Positions 41,646-63,821 of a stretch of DNA of 64,000 bases are shown here, piece after piece. A program made the position numbers and the translations under genes. The stretch's first letter is position 1. Each line of letters starts with the position of its first letter. The stretch is from assembly GCF_009914755.1 (NCBI RefSeq), contig NC_060941.1; one strand, given 5' to 3'. Below the pieces are notes generated by a model, which saw nothing but the letters and a program-made list of their open reading frames with translations, was not told the origin of the DNA and did not search any database. This DNA comes from the human T2T-CHM13v2.0 reference genome, Homo sapiens.

Positions 41646-42054
41646 TCACCTACCTGCCCAGATGGAGGCCAATCCCCACTGCTTAGCAGTCCCCCTCACC
41701 TGGGCTTGGAACCACTGCTCCACATCCTGGCGATTGGTCTCCACCATGGCCTCGTACTGGCCTCACGTCTCCCCCAGAACTCTACTCAGGTCAATGGTGG
41801 GCTCAATGTCCAGCTCTATCCGGAGCTTGTCTCCCAGCTGACCCCTTAGAGTGTGGGCTTCCTGTAGGCATCAGAGGAGTATGACCCGCCTGCAGGGCCC
41901 CCAACTGCCCTTCACCCAAACTCTCAACTCCCACTTTCCATCCTCCCCAGTAATTTCCCTGTGCTCCTCTGAAGATAAACCGCTGCCTGCACCAGCCTAG
42001 CAGCTTCCAGAAGCTGTGGATGAGAAGCAATCTCCCACCAAAAGCCAGAGCTCA

Positions 42055-42348
<294 letters not shown>

Positions 42349-43384
42349 TTAGAGGGCAGGAAGGGGCACCAGGACATGACTCCCAGCTCGCAGCTGTAAG
42401 TCCACTGGCCTGCCCTTTGCCATCTAATTGTGAGTTGGCTTATCCTGTGTAGTGTGCTCAAAGCCCAGAAAGCAACAGGATGTTCCCCACTCAGTCAATA
42501 CTAAGCACCTGAGATGAACCAAGGGGAGCAGCTGGTACTGAGGATACTGTGATGGACACACAGCCAGCACCTGCCTTTACACACAATGGCCCAAAAGGGA
42601 GGTGGCAAAGTAACCAGGCATTTGCAACACAGTGCAATCACTGCAGGCCCCTCTCTACAAGCCCCATACCCAAAGGGACCCTGGATTCCCTATTAGAGTA
42701 AAAGCCACATTGCCAGCATGAGAGGAAGGAAATGGCTTTCTTTAGCTCTAGAAGAGTGAGACTTGCACAGTGCCCCGAAGAAAGATGATAAAACACAATG
42801 CCCTTCCAGCACCCAGGGTAGACCCTCCTCAGGTGGTGTCAACCCTTTGACTTTCACATGTTTTCATCTTAGGCTATGGAGCATGATTTCTGCTATGAAT
42901 TATCAGCACTCACAAATTAATCAAGCTGCAGCACAGAAACATATCCTTATTAAGGCAACAGTTTCACAGGAAATTGCTTCAAGAAAGGAAAATTTGGTAC
43001 AAAATTTAAGGCCAAGTCCCAGCTCTGCCACTCGGTACCCACATGGCTTCTGGCAAGTCACACCAGCACCCCAAGCCTCAGGGTCCCCACCTGTGGAGGA
43101 GATTCTATCCCTGCCCGCCTGCTTCACAAGTTGCTTACCAGGTGGATGATGCATTCTAGCACATGTTGTAAACTGTTAATGCTAAACCACTGGAGAGCGG
43201 ATAGTTTTTCAGGATCTTGAGCTTAATGCCCTTTGTTCTCTTCTGCTATAACTACTGGGTTGGGGTCTGGGTCAATGACATCCGATGCCACATGAGACAG
43301 AAGCAGCCAACTTGGCATTGTCCCATCCCCATCCAACCCCAACTCTCACTTGGCTCCTTCCCATCCCTGTCCAACCCCAACTCA

Positions 43385-43543
<159 letters not shown>

Positions 43544-43675
43544 TTATTGGCTGAAGTTGAACCTACAGCATCCGCCTGGACAACACAAACTCCCAAACGT
43601 GCAAGAGATGCTTTTGTGGTGTGGGAAGGAAGATGTGCAAGAGACTTCTTGGAAAAGGATGAAGACATAGAGTCA

Positions 43676-44245
<570 letters not shown>

Positions 44246-44626
44246 CTAAGATGTAGGCTCTTCAGAAGCTTTAACTGGATAATCAAAGGTGACAATAGAT
44301 ATGCATAAGAGGTTGATGCTGTTGTGTGGATAGACACTGCCTTGGCAAGGATGTTAGGAAATATTCCTTTTGCCCTGTTTACTGCACCAGAAGTTTCAGT
44401 ATACTGCAACTTTCATAAACTCAGCACGGTTTTTGCATGGTTTTCATGAAAATAGCATGATTTTTGTGACTACGATTTAGGAATTTTATGTGCTGAAGTT
44501 AAGTAAGCATGAACTCAGAATCCTAGAGTGATAAATTCTACATCTCATCCTTTACAAATTCCCATTCACCTTCACTCAAGAGATTCTCTTCCCACATTAA
44601 AAGAAAAAAAAAATCCACTGCTGACC

Positions 44627-44853
44627 CAGGGTCAGTAATCTTTTTTTGTAAAGGGTCAGATAGTAAATACTTTAGGCTTTGCAGACCCTACAGTCTCCAT
44701 TACAATGACTGAACTCTGCCACTGTAGTACAAAAGCAGCTGCAGACAACATACAAATGCATGAGCATGGCCATGAACCAATAAAACTTTATTTGCAAAAG
44801 CAGGTGGTGGGCCGGATTTGGCCGACAGGCAGTAAGCAGATTCCTGACCCCTG
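44627..44853 (+). mobile_element. MER58A-like hAT element, ~25 nt inside KRT41P intron 1
   Basis: caggggtcag...gtaaagggtcagatagtaaatactttaggctttgcag...ctgacccctg terminal inverted repeats. Confidence 0.75.
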
Positions 44854-45380
44854 ATCTGGTGCACCGCAAACCTCACCTTCTGCTGGAGCTCCTGGATGGT
44901 GCAGAAGTAGGACTGGTAGTTTCGGCACACGCTGGACTCGTGGCACTTGCTCCTCTCATGGAGTTTGGTCTCCAGTTCTGCATTGTCCCACTCCAGCTGG
45001 CGCACCTTCTCCAGGTAGTTGGCCAGGCGGTCGTTTAGGAACTGCATGGTCTCCTTCTCGTGGCCGTTCAGGGTGTTTTCGCGGTAGGCCCCACAGATTC
45101 CGATGTTGCCAGGAATGTGGCAGGTCCCTGGCAAGGGACAAGTGGTGTGGCAGGTTGGGGGCAGACAGAGGCTGAGGCGGCCCAGGGGAGTCGACCCCAC
45201 ACGGACTCGATTGGCATGTGCCACATTAGCCAAGAGGCACAGAGAGGCAGCGTTGGCCTCTGAAACCTGCCCGCTGAGGAGGGAACTGCAATGGTCAGAA
45301 GTCATGGTGCTAAAAGGCAAGATCCTGCTTTGCCCACAGTTGGATCTGCTTGACACCAAAATCTTCCTTCTCCTGTAGAC

Positions 45381-45505
45381 CTTATATAAGCCTTAGTGGG
45401 TGTTGGTGCAAGAAAACTGGCATTTTCCTCATTAATATTTATGTCAATTGTTATACAATCACTCTATTAGTCAGTGGTTTTTGTTTCCTATAAAGAGTTA
45501 ATGAG
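45381..45505 (-). promoter_or_regulatory. KRT41P promoter: palindromic CTTATATAAG TATA 45381-45390, CACCC 45398-45406, TTAATGAG motifs ~45428 and ~45498
   Basis: Intact promoter motifs, consistent with a transcribed pseudogene. Confidence 0.6.
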
Positions 45506-48248
45506 CTCATGAAAGAGGCCCTAACCTCTTTCTTCCCATCACTGCAGGGTCCTGGAAAACAGAGAAAACAAGGTCTTCTTCAAGCAGCCCACTTTCTGTG
45601 GCTGTGAAATCTTTCCCCTTCTGTCAGCTTATGTCTATGAAATAATCAAGAACTAAAGGCTCCTAAAATGTCCTGCAAGTCTCTCTCACTCCCACATTCT
45701 TTTCCTACCTCTGAATGTTCCCAATGCAGCAAAACCTAAAATATTAGTCAATCAGGCACATTGAAGAAAGGGAAAAATCATGATTTGTTTGTTTTGATAG
45801 ATATTTGTAGAGTGCCCAGTGCGGAACAAACGCACATCTATGCTGTCTTGTAAGAAGGAGATTTTAGATTTTAATAAGAAAGATAAAAAAGTAAATGATC
45901 TTGATATTATGAAGACAGTAAAAGGAAGTATTTTTTTTTTTTTAAAAGACAGCTGCAAAGATTTCGAGGTGGAAGAGAGCTCACTGAGAGACCGGAAAAA
46001 GACTTCATGGAGTAGGGGATTTTCCAAATATGTTTTGAATGATATTTTTTATAAAGGGTTGGGGAATGAGCTTCTCTCATAGAGAACAAAATAAACACAA
46101 TCAAACATTTGGAAAATGGAAAATAGTCTAGTTGTGTTGGTATTTATAATGGAGACATTATCCCCAAGCCCCGGAAAGTTGCATTGAGTCCAGGTTGTGA
46201 AAAGTCTTAAATACCAGGACCATGGTCTTGAGGCAAAGGTGAGTGAAAGGTAGGGATCTGCCCTGGAAGACGACTTTCAAGTATAAGGAAAAATAAATAG
46301 CCAGCTTCCTTTTGAAGGAAAGTAGCAGAAAAAAGGTGGAAAGTTCCTTTACACAAATTATTAGAAAACTGAAAATGAAACCTAAGTTCAAAATTAATCT
46401 TGGTGTTTGAAAACTAACACAGTTTTTAATACTCCTTGGGTTAAATAAGAAATCTAATTTAAAAATTTTTAAGTATTTTGAACTGAATTAAAATCAATAC
46501 ACAACCTATAAAACAGATGTTGGCAATTAAGACTTTCCCTGTGCATACGTGAAACAGATAAGCGTTTTGGGAGTGAGAAAAAAACGGCTCATAATAAAAC
46601 TGATGGTTTGCAATTTTCAGAAAATAAAATTATGCTTCTGTGTACTGGAGTCTACAGGCTAATTAAGGCAGGCAGTGATTAACACTTTATGGTGTCTGTT
46701 CTCAGGGCCTCACCCACCTTCCCAGGCATCTTTCCTTTCTATTGACCCTTTCACCAGACTGAGTCCCTCATCACCCTTGTTTACAGAAGATACGTACTCA
46801 AGAACTTTGATCTTTCATCTTTTGAAATATTTTTGCATTTCTTTGAAATGCATCTACCTTGATTATCCATTGCTTGGGAGACTCTAGAACAAAATTTAAA
46901 TTTCCTTAATCTTCAGACACACTCAGAGCATCAGAACCTTTATGGCCTCCCCTATTTCTAAAACAAATAAGCCAGTGGCCATTTGTTCAATACACCCTGG
47001 AAAAGGGCAGCTAGCCAGCTTCCAGTCTATGCTAACAAAGATGCTAATTTGACCGCATTCCTAAGATGAATGAATTCACCACGAGGGCCCTTGAAGCAGC
47101 AAGTGTGTTTCAGCTGGCACTACAACATAGCATCTCCAGGACGAAAGGGACTTCAGGGTCCTCTAGTCTAGTACCCATTTGCATTAAATCCCTTCGATGA
47201 CCTTCCTCCAACTAGTCATCTAGTCCACCATTTTCCAGGAGAGCTTACACCATCAGTTCCTGTGGCTTACAAACAGCTTCCCAGGCTTTGTGCAAGACAC
47301 TGGTATCCAGAAAATTAACAGCAGCTAGCTCAGCCTTAAGGCACTCACATTATAGAGAATTTTTAGAAAGTCTTCACAAATCTACCTTCGTGTTACCTCT
47401 CCCTATAGCTTTTGTTGGGTCATTCATTCATTCATTCAACAAATAGCTATGAAGTACCTACTCTGTGCCAACCAGGGGCTGAGCTGGAGGCTAGTAATAC
47501 ATTGGCAAGTAAGTCAGAGAGTTGGCCCTTTAGTTCATTTACTCTCCAGTTCTCCCCCATGGTGTCCCATACAGGATAAATCTAATCATTCTGCCATATT
47601 CTCAGCTCTTTGTGGCAGATGTGAGATTTCTTACTCCTGGTTCTGCATTCAGCATGGTTCAAAGTCCCCTTGCCATCCCAGGAATGTTTCCCTGGACATG
47701 CTCCATGATGTAACAGTTACTATCACTCTTAAGTGCGGGCTGTACAGTGGGATTTCTGATTAGTTTAGATTGAAAGGCTGCCAGTAGATGGCCAGAAAAC
47801 CTTCTTGCCCAGGACTTTTGTGTAAACCATGCTGGAGCCACTGGCTATTCAGCCATGACAACCAGCCAGCCACCAGTTGGTCCCATATACAGTCAATGAG
47901 ACGCATGGGGACCCTTCTCTGTAACTCTATACAGATGTGGGTGATATTCTCCAAGGCATGATTTGCCTTATCCTGGTGACTTACTCTGAATGTCTGATAT
48001 TCCTGAACTCCTGTTATACCAAAGCCCTTCTCAAGGGGATGGGGGATGCAGAGATGAAAAGGAGAAATTTCCACCCTCAAAAAGCTGAGAGCAGAAAAAG
48101 AGGTCACGTAACTCAGTGGAGGGAGAAGTGACTGGAGCTTAGAGATATAGAGGGGCCATCAAAGACACTTTGTCTGGAACTTAAGATTGGGAAGACTTGG
48201 ATGGGCAGGAAAGATGGGAGACAGTTTTCCAGAAAAAGAGGATGAACA

Positions 48249-48953
<705 letters not shown>

Positions 48954-49904
48954 CTCCATAGCAATAGACAAGTTTTGTGGTGACTTCATCCTAGGTGAAT
49001 GAAGCACCAGGTCACAAAACAGGATTTGATGAATTCAAGAGGAGCCAGTGTTTGGATTACTGTACTTCAAATCAGTTAGCATGCAGTTTTCTCCAATGTA
49101 ATAAGCAAGTTCTGTTTGTTTTCCTAGTTTGCTCTTCTTTGCTGAGGTTTGTTTTAGGAGGATATCTAGGATGAAGGAGAGAGGAGAGACAAAAAGGAAA
49201 ATATGCACACTGTGTTGCTTATGCCTGTGGGGAAGAGGCCAGTCCACGCGAAAAACAATGTTCATAAAGGACAGATAAAGGTCACATGAAGTAATATCTA
49301 TTGACATCTATTATGTGAAGGGAACCGAGCTTGGCACTTGGTATACAATATTTTACTTAATTCTCTCTCACACATTCACAAATCTATACACGCAAATTAG
49401 ATAGACACCTACTATGTGCGGCCTACTGTGTTATTATTTGACCACCTACTATGTGCCACCAAGTATTATACCATATGCTTCCCATATAGTTGTGTCTTTT
49501 CATCCTTATAACCACACTACAAAGCAGTTACAAGTATCCCACTGTAGAGTAAAGAAAACAAAGCTCAGAGCAGTTAGGGATGTTGTCTGAACTCACCAAG
49601 TTGGAATGAAAAGTATGGGCCTTGAAATGTCAGCCCAGGTCTGCCTGACCCTGAAGCCCAAGTTCTTTCTGCTCTGCCCAGTGACCCAGAAAGGGCCAGA
49701 TAGTGGACTCTGGACTGAACACAAGGCCAACACTCCTAGACGCCAGCTGTCCAACTGGATTTATTCAACAAATAGCTATGAAGTTCCTGCTCTGGGCCAC
49801 ACAACTTGCCTGAAGAGCTAGAAACAGAACAGAGTCCTCTGGAGGTTTTTGAGCAGATGAAAGAGAGAATCAAAGGAGAAATTTTAGAAAATTAATCCAG
49901 TGCC

Positions 49905-50727
<823 letters not shown>

Positions 50728-53700
50728 CCATTTTCCTTTTACCACTGCCCAGTGTGCACCCTGGAGTGGGAACACTCCATCTTCATTTCGTATGCTCTCT
50801 AGCATGCAATACAGTGCCTTGTACATAATATTTACTCAATAAATAGAACACAAAAGAGTGAAGGGCTGGTGGTGTGTGCAGAACAAACCTGGCACAGAAG
50901 AGAGCAGGAGGAGGCTCTTACAAGAATCCAGGCAGGATGTGATGGAACCCAAAACCAGCCACCAGCAGTGCTGAAGTAAAGGAAGGCACAAAGGACATAG
51001 ATGCTGCAGAAGGACTCTACAAGACAGGGAGAATTACTGTATATGGGGTCAAAGGAGGAAGAGAAACCGAAAGTGGCCCCAAGGTCACCCCCAAGTTCCT
51101 AGGACAATTGTGTGCTTCAAGGGAGCTGAGAAGTCAAAGGAAAGAGCTGGCTAGAGCGGGAGAAGCTGCATTCAAGTTTGGAGAGGATGAGTGTGAAATA
51201 TAGCTACCTGGGACTGGCCACTAGGGGGTCACAGACAAAGGCCTGGGGCCAGGGCAGAGCAGCCTGGGTCACTGAGAAACCCTCCTCCTCAGAAGCTAAA
51301 ACGTATTACACCTGGCAGGCAGGTAAAGCAGGTAAGCTTAGCCCAGGGGCTCATACTTGAATAGGAACAGTGATTCTAACTGGGAGAGTCTGTGTATCAC
51401 CCCCTAGCCCCAGTGGGGAGGTGATGTTTGGAATATCTAAAACAGATGGCAGGGAAGTTATTTTAGTTAGAGGAAGTGTCATTTGAAAACAAGCATAACC
51501 TGTATTTGAAATGAGCTGTCTTTTAGTCATGATACGAGTTTGGTATTTACATTTTTGAAAGTTAAAACATTAAGTGAGAAGGCAAGATATCTTTATATTT
51601 ATTAAGTGGGAAGGCATGGTTATGAAACACTGAATTAGGTAGAAAAAAGATACATTAAAAATGGTTTAATTTAAACAGGCTGAGAACTTCATGAGCTTCA
51701 AGCTGAGCTCATGAAGATTATAAGTGGCCATGAGAACAGATGAAATTGATTTTGTTCTTGGTCAGGAAGACAAAGAGAAGATGCTGGGGGGAAGGAGGGG
51801 AGGGTGGGGCACACACCATCAGCCTTAGGTATCACATATCATCGTCTACAAAAAAACTATCCAAATAAAAAATGCTCCTGTTCAGGAAAGTCCAGAAATT
51901 CACTCCAATCTTCTTGGCTTCCCAGTGTAGACAGTGGTGGGAGCAGGAGTGGGCCCTTCCCCAGAGCTCTCTCGGTGACTGCAGTGTCCACCCCAGCAGC
52001 CTGTAGCTGTTTACCCTTTCTCCTTTCCACTTTGCTGGAATTTGTGAGAAATGGCATTTGGTGTCAAAAAATACATAAGTGCATGGGCCTCATGAGCCGC
52101 AACTGATGTTACCACGTGAAGGCTGGGAAGAAATATCACACATCAGCCCACAGGCAGTGCAGGATTGGTGAACTGAAGAGGGACGGGCTAAGCACTAGGT
52201 GGCTCAGAACCAGATGTGGCCCCCAGCCAAGGGAGCAGAAGCCTCAGGAGAAGGAAAGTAAGAGACACCTGGTTGCAGTTATTGTGGCCAAAGCAAAGCC
52301 TATTGTGCCACATTCAGGGCTATATCCATCCAGTCGGTGAGAGTATGTGAGGCAGAGAGGCCAGGGACAGGCACAGAATGTCCAGGCGGGAGAATCACTT
52401 GCAAGAAAAGATGTCTGGGATTTGGTACCAGAGGGAGCCCTAAGCTCTCAGGCTAGGATAACGAATGTGAGTAAAACCCCAGGGTCCAGGTGTCCTGACT
52501 GCACTGGTTACCCACCTGCCAGCCTCTAGCCTTCATTTTCTATGTACCTGAGTGGCACCTCCTGTCACACCTAGCCATGGGACCTCATAGGTAGAGCTTG
52601 TTAAGGGTGTGACCTGGCCAAGAAAGGTGGGGACAGGTCGGATCTCCACAACCCCATCACACTGAGGGTCAGGGAGGGTCATGGCCACTTCTTAAAACAT
52701 GACTCTTGTGGGTTCCTCATTAGAAGAGCCCACCAAACAGTCTTGTCCTCTGACAGCCCAATGAATGCTTTTTTGGATTCAGTTAGGCTACTTGGAGTGA
52801 GAAACAGGCCTAATGACAACAGAAGATGGCTTTTATTATTGCATGTACATGAACAAGGAATATGGCCAAACTTTCCAGCCACCAACGTAGAATCTAGGGC
52901 CCTGATGCTGAGAGTGGGTTCTGCTACTATCTCTTCAGCTCCTTTTTCTCTCTGGGAGGAAGAGATTGTACCTGCTGGTTCCTAGGGAGCCCCAATAAAC
53001 CAATATCCACTGAACACCTTCTAGATGCCAGGAACATTAGATGCATTACCCCTCAACCACAGTGAGAGGGAAATACAACTATCCTACTTCCACAAACAAG
53101 GAATAGGTCTCAAGAGAATGCAGTGACCTGGCCAACTTCACTCAGCAAGGTGGGTTCAAATCCCACTTCAGAGTCACCAAGGTGGGATTTGAACCCAAGT
53201 TTCCCTGACCCTAGAGAAGATCCACCTCCACCACACTATGCCACCATGAAGAAGGACCAGTTTTTCATTGCTCTTTGCACCAGGGCACATGGACAAGCTG
53301 AGACCCAAGAGTTTCATTCTTCTGGACACACTTGGTGCTTGCCGTAAACTGACTAGCATGGCGTGGGAGGCAGCAGCCTCTCTGGGCTGCTCCTCCACCT
53401 GCTTATAACTGCATCTGGCTGTGAACCACCTTGGCCAGTGCCAAAGCCACATCTGAGAGGCAGGCAGGGACTTGGAGTGCTCTGATGGCAGCGGCAGCCC
53501 TCACCGCCAGCACCTCCAAGACAGCAGCAGAATAGACAACAGAAACATCAGTGGCAGCATCTCTCTAGAGAAAACTAAAGCCTAGAAGTGCCCCAGGACC
53601 AAGACCCCAGTCTCCAGTGCCCAATCTGGGCCTCTGCATTTGGGAGAGTGGGCGAGAATTCCATGGCTCCATGAAAGGGGCCAACTGGAGTGAGAGGAAA

Positions 53701-54093
53701 AACTTGGCAACTTGGCTCAGACAATTCTCAACACGACCTTCCTTTGACGATATTAGAATGCTAAGTGATGTGATTTTGCTCTTGGACAAAATAACAAGAG
53801 GCTGAAGATGCCAAAAGCATGGTAGGGACATGTTAGCTCTGAGCTGTTCTGAAAGAATTCAAACTTGGCAACTGGCATCACTTCCTTCCACCAGTCTATA
53901 GGGATCCCTGGGAAAGGTGAATACACATCCAACATCAGGAAGGGACCTTCATCCAGAGGCCCCAGAGCACCCCAGGGAGCTCCTGGAAGCAAGATGTCAG
54001 AGCCAGTGAGGACACAGGACCTGACGACCAGGACTCTCCGACATCTCACATACAACCAACACCGGGGAGACAGCACTTGGTGCAGGAAGGAGG

Positions 54094-54110
54094 TTTATTG
54101 ACCATTTAAT
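54094..54110 (-). terminator. KRT37 poly(A) signals (AATAAA 54099-54094; ATTAAA 54110-54105)
   Basis: tttatt and tttaat on + strand about 300 nt past the stop codon. Confidence 0.6.
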
Positions 54111-54407
54111 GCAGGGAACCCAGTTACATTTTTGGAGATTCTGAAACACTGGAATAGAACTAAAAGTACCAAGAAGAGACACCAGGAAAAATAATTGCTT
54201 TCATGGAAGATAATTACAACATTTTAGCAACAACAAAAAATACAGCTTAGAGGCATAGGCAGGGAGCCACTCCTTGGAAGTATCTGCTACCGGTTGATTT
54301 AGGGAAAATGCCTCAGTGAGTCTAGTCTTGAAGGAAGACTGGGCAAGGTGAGGGCACTCCTGACCCCAGTGCAACCAGCCTCAATCTCCTAACTCGGGCC
54401 TTCAGAA

Positions 54408-58053
<3,646 letters not shown>

Positions 58054-58138
58054 GGTGTAGGGCTGAGGCTGCACAGGAGCTTCAGATCAGCTGGGAAGGC
58101 TGAGCCACTGAGACTGAAGCCTCCTCTCCTCCCAACCC

Positions 58139-58540
58139 TTTTATACCCCATCCTGGGCGGGTGTTGGCTCCAGTGCTTTGACCTCCTGCCTTGATTATCT
58201 ACCTGTTGTGGTGCCATCATCCTGTTACTCAGCTGCTGAGTTTACCATGAGAAGTTCCTCAGCTCATTAAAGCAATGTTGACAAATCTGAGATGCCTCTT
58301 GGCTCTTCCATATCAGGTTAGCTGTTGGTGGGAAGTCAGAGACTCACTGTTTCTGCTCAACAAACACCAGCAGTTGATTCAGGCCCCAATTGCTCTCTCT
58401 GGACTATGGTCTCTGTGGATGTGGTCACAATGAAGGCTCAAATCTTTCCGTCAGTAATTTGTGTAGCAGGAGACACAGAGAACCAATGGGACCCACTGGA
58501 TCTTTCGCCTGTGCAAGACTGAATCAGCCTTTCCTTTGAA
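58139..58540 (-). promoter_or_regulatory. KRT37 promoter: TATAAAA 58145-58139, GC/CACCC box 58155-58167, TTAATGAG ~58263-58270, CTTTGAAG ~58534-58541 (+)
   Basis: Motifs read directly. Confidence 0.65.
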
Positions 58541-59418
58541 GAGAAAATATCAGTTAATAAAACCAATGCATCTACCGATATTTGACGATTGAGAGGCGCC
58601 TTTTTTTCTTTCTTCTTTCACATTGCATACTCCCTTGAGAAGCAATAACATCTGGAAGCAATGGCGCTAATTAAGTTTTGGTTGACTAGTCAGAATCAGC
58701 TATTCATTCATTTGTTCATTCATTCATTGGTTCAGCATGCTTCCTGAATATCCCCCATAACTCAGGCAGTGTGCTGGTTCCTGGACACGCAATGTTCCCT
58801 GTTCATCAGGAGTAAACAATGCCTCTGAAATCTCTGGATGTTCTACACAAACTTGAATGAGAACCATAGATCAACAAGAGTTAGTGAAAGACAGAGGATC
58901 TATAGTTCTGGCCAAGGAAGTATCTAGAAAGAAACCACTAACAAAGAAAAATCTTATTTGATCCAGGAAAGGGAGATTGGGCACAGAGCTCAAGCAGTAT
59001 TCAAATGAAAGGTCCAGAACTAACATTGATTGAGTACTTAGGTGTGCTAGGCATTCTACTGTGTTCTTTCCTATCTAACCCTTACCACCTATGAGGTGGT
59101 TACTCATTGCCTCAATGTACAGATGAGAAAACTAGAGTGAAGTACATTTGCACATTTTCTGATTGACAGTTAGTGAACTGGCAAAGGCTCGATTCAGTCT
59201 CATGTCTGCTAGGCCCATTCTCTTTTCACTTCATCATGGCCCCCGGTGAGAACAACGGTGTCATTGCCCCATCAGTGCTGGGCCTAAGGAGAGGGCAAGA
59301 AGGGGCTTAGTTACTGGATGAGAAATTGTGGTGAAAAGAAAATTACTGAAGGTCTTTGTGTTCCAGCAAAGGAAAAGATTTAAATACTATGGCAGTGACA
59401 ACAAGAAAATGCACTTTA

Positions 59419-60116
<698 letters not shown>

Positions 60117-60707
60117 ATATCCCAAATCCCAGAGATTTCCAGTAGAGCTGGAAAACAAGTCAACCAATGGGGGTGTGGCCAGGAGTCATCCCTCCCAAGT
60201 GGTAGAGGGAAACCAGAAGGACCATGGGACAAGCTCTAAAAGAGTATAAATAACCTCTTTAAAAAAAAAAAATCCCAATTAGTGGGAAAGTAAATGGCTG
60301 ATACTAGTAGCAAAACCTTAAGTCTTTGAAATTGACATACTGGAAATGAGCCATTATTAAGATTTTAAATGAAAATAATAGGATTTAGACATAAAATAGG
60401 AAGCAAAATACAGTAAACAGAAATCGTGTAGCCAAATATGCATCAAATATGCATTCCCTTCAGCTACACTTTTTTCCTCTGAAATACAAGTTTTAGAAAA
60501 TCTTAGAAGAGGGGTGGGCGCAGGACTTAATGCTGGGAAGCAACAACTTTGGGGCTGAATTTACTTGAATGGATTACAAATTGCATTGTTACACAGCTAA
60601 AAAAAACTTTATGTATGAAAAATGATAATAGCCTTACACTGAGTACAAATAATACTTAAAAGCATGTGAAGATGTGAGCATCTGTGATGTTACTTATAAA
60701 AAAAAAG

Positions 60708-61825
<1,118 letters not shown>

Positions 61826-62835
61826 AAAGTTTATATATGTATCTTTTGAAGTATTGAAAGGAAACTAGTACTTTATATTCTTTATCATATCATGTTTTAT
61901 AATTGTTGAATATGTTCCTGTTTATTTTTCTCTGTCCTGTTGTGTAGCCTTAAGAAGTGTTTCAAAAAAAAAACCAAACATATCTGAATGTATAAAATAA
62001 GAGTAAATGCCCTACAAGTTATGATGCCACATTATACATAAAACTGTGTGCATATATTTTTAAACAGCATAAATACATCTTTGCTCTGAGAAAAAGTTGA
62101 ACATGCATCCCCGTGAAAACCACAAGGGAGTCAGGGGATGATGGTGTTGATGAAACCTGGGCTCTTGGAATTCTCTCAAGGAGAAATAAGGGGTCTGGAA
62201 TTCTTCCCAAGAGGAAAACCCACTGTGGGTCAGCTGTGGCTCCAGCGGCCCTGAGGTCAGCTATGACTCATTCTTTACTGGGGCAATCCTTAGAGGGCCT
62301 CTCCCTGCCAGGCCATCCCTCAGAGGCCTCTGGGTGCAATCTGCATTTTCCATCTTCAAAGACCCCTTTGTTCCTATCTTCCGCCTCAACACATAGCATC
62401 ACTATAATCCAGAGAATTGAAGCATTAAAATTCTTCCCTTTGATTTGCTAAATAGGAACCCTCTCTTGACCCTATCCTCTGGCAGGATTTTATCCCGTTG
62501 GCTAAAATCATGGTTCCTTCTGTCTCAGAACATATGACACTTGTTAATTCTTAAGCATCACAGCTGAAGCTTTGCATCCTTTGCGTCCTGACACACCTCT
62601 CCAAAGCTTGATATGTGTCTCTGGCTTGGGCTCTGCATGGTCCATTTTGCATAATGACATAGACACTGCCTAGTCCTTCGTACAGCAGAGGGCTCTTCTG
62701 ATTTTCTTTGGTCTCAAAGGAACAGGCAGTAGGTGGAAGGCATGAGGCAGGTGTCTGGGATGTACTCAGCTGTGTAGGTGGGAAGGAGCCCATCCTTGAC
62801 ATTGCAGATGATCAGATGAGCCTCCTCTTCCTCCC

Positions 62836-63224
<389 letters not shown>

Positions 63225-63821
63225 TGAAGAGAGAAGACAGAGGTAGTCCTGCAGCCCTCCTTCCTTCACAGGGGCCACCTCTTCTCTCTTGAGGATTAAA
63301 AGATTTTGAGCTGTAATCTCTCTTCAGGCAGAGGGGAAACACTGGGTTCAGAACAGCATCACTTGGTGCCACGGTGCAGACGCATCTCTGAGTCTGACCG
63401 TTCTGACGCATCTCTGAGTGAGACAGAAGCAGAGGCACTGGGCGGTCCACAGGGTGTGAGTCTAATCTGCAACCACCTGCTCCAGCTGCAGAGGAAAAAT
63501 TCTGAAGACACCTAAGGAAACAGGAGCTGCCCACACACTGCATCCTGATGTGAATTACGCCAGGAAAACATCTGCAAACCACGACCAGCAGTGTGTCCTG
63601 ATACCACTGTGCCTGCAAGGCTCTCAGACATGCTGGGTGAAAACAGAGTCTGAGGAAGGATAACCCAAAACACCTTTATCATTTCAAAAGTCCACCTCAG
63701 AAGGCTTTGAAAAAAAAAAAAAGTCACCGTTTTCTTTTCTATTAAATAGGATTTTAAAATCTAGTTACTTGGGAAACTTTGGTTTGATTTTAAGTATTTT
63801 TTAAATTATTATTCTGCTTTA

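Noticed and set aside
41760-41768. Stop-codon readthrough rescuing KRT41P
   Set aside because: Context is TGA-GGC, not the readthrough-prone TGA-C(TAG); NMD is more plausible
44700-45359. 219-aa ORF extending KRT41P exon 1 into intron 1
   Set aside because: Non-ATG start; it reads through a consensus donor into a MER58A relic, with no support for a fusion protein
58770-59070. Androgen response elements upstream of KRT37
   Set aside because: KRT37 is known to be androgen-regulated and TGTTCT/TGTTCC half-sites occur here, but I could not identify a convincing full 15-bp element by eye
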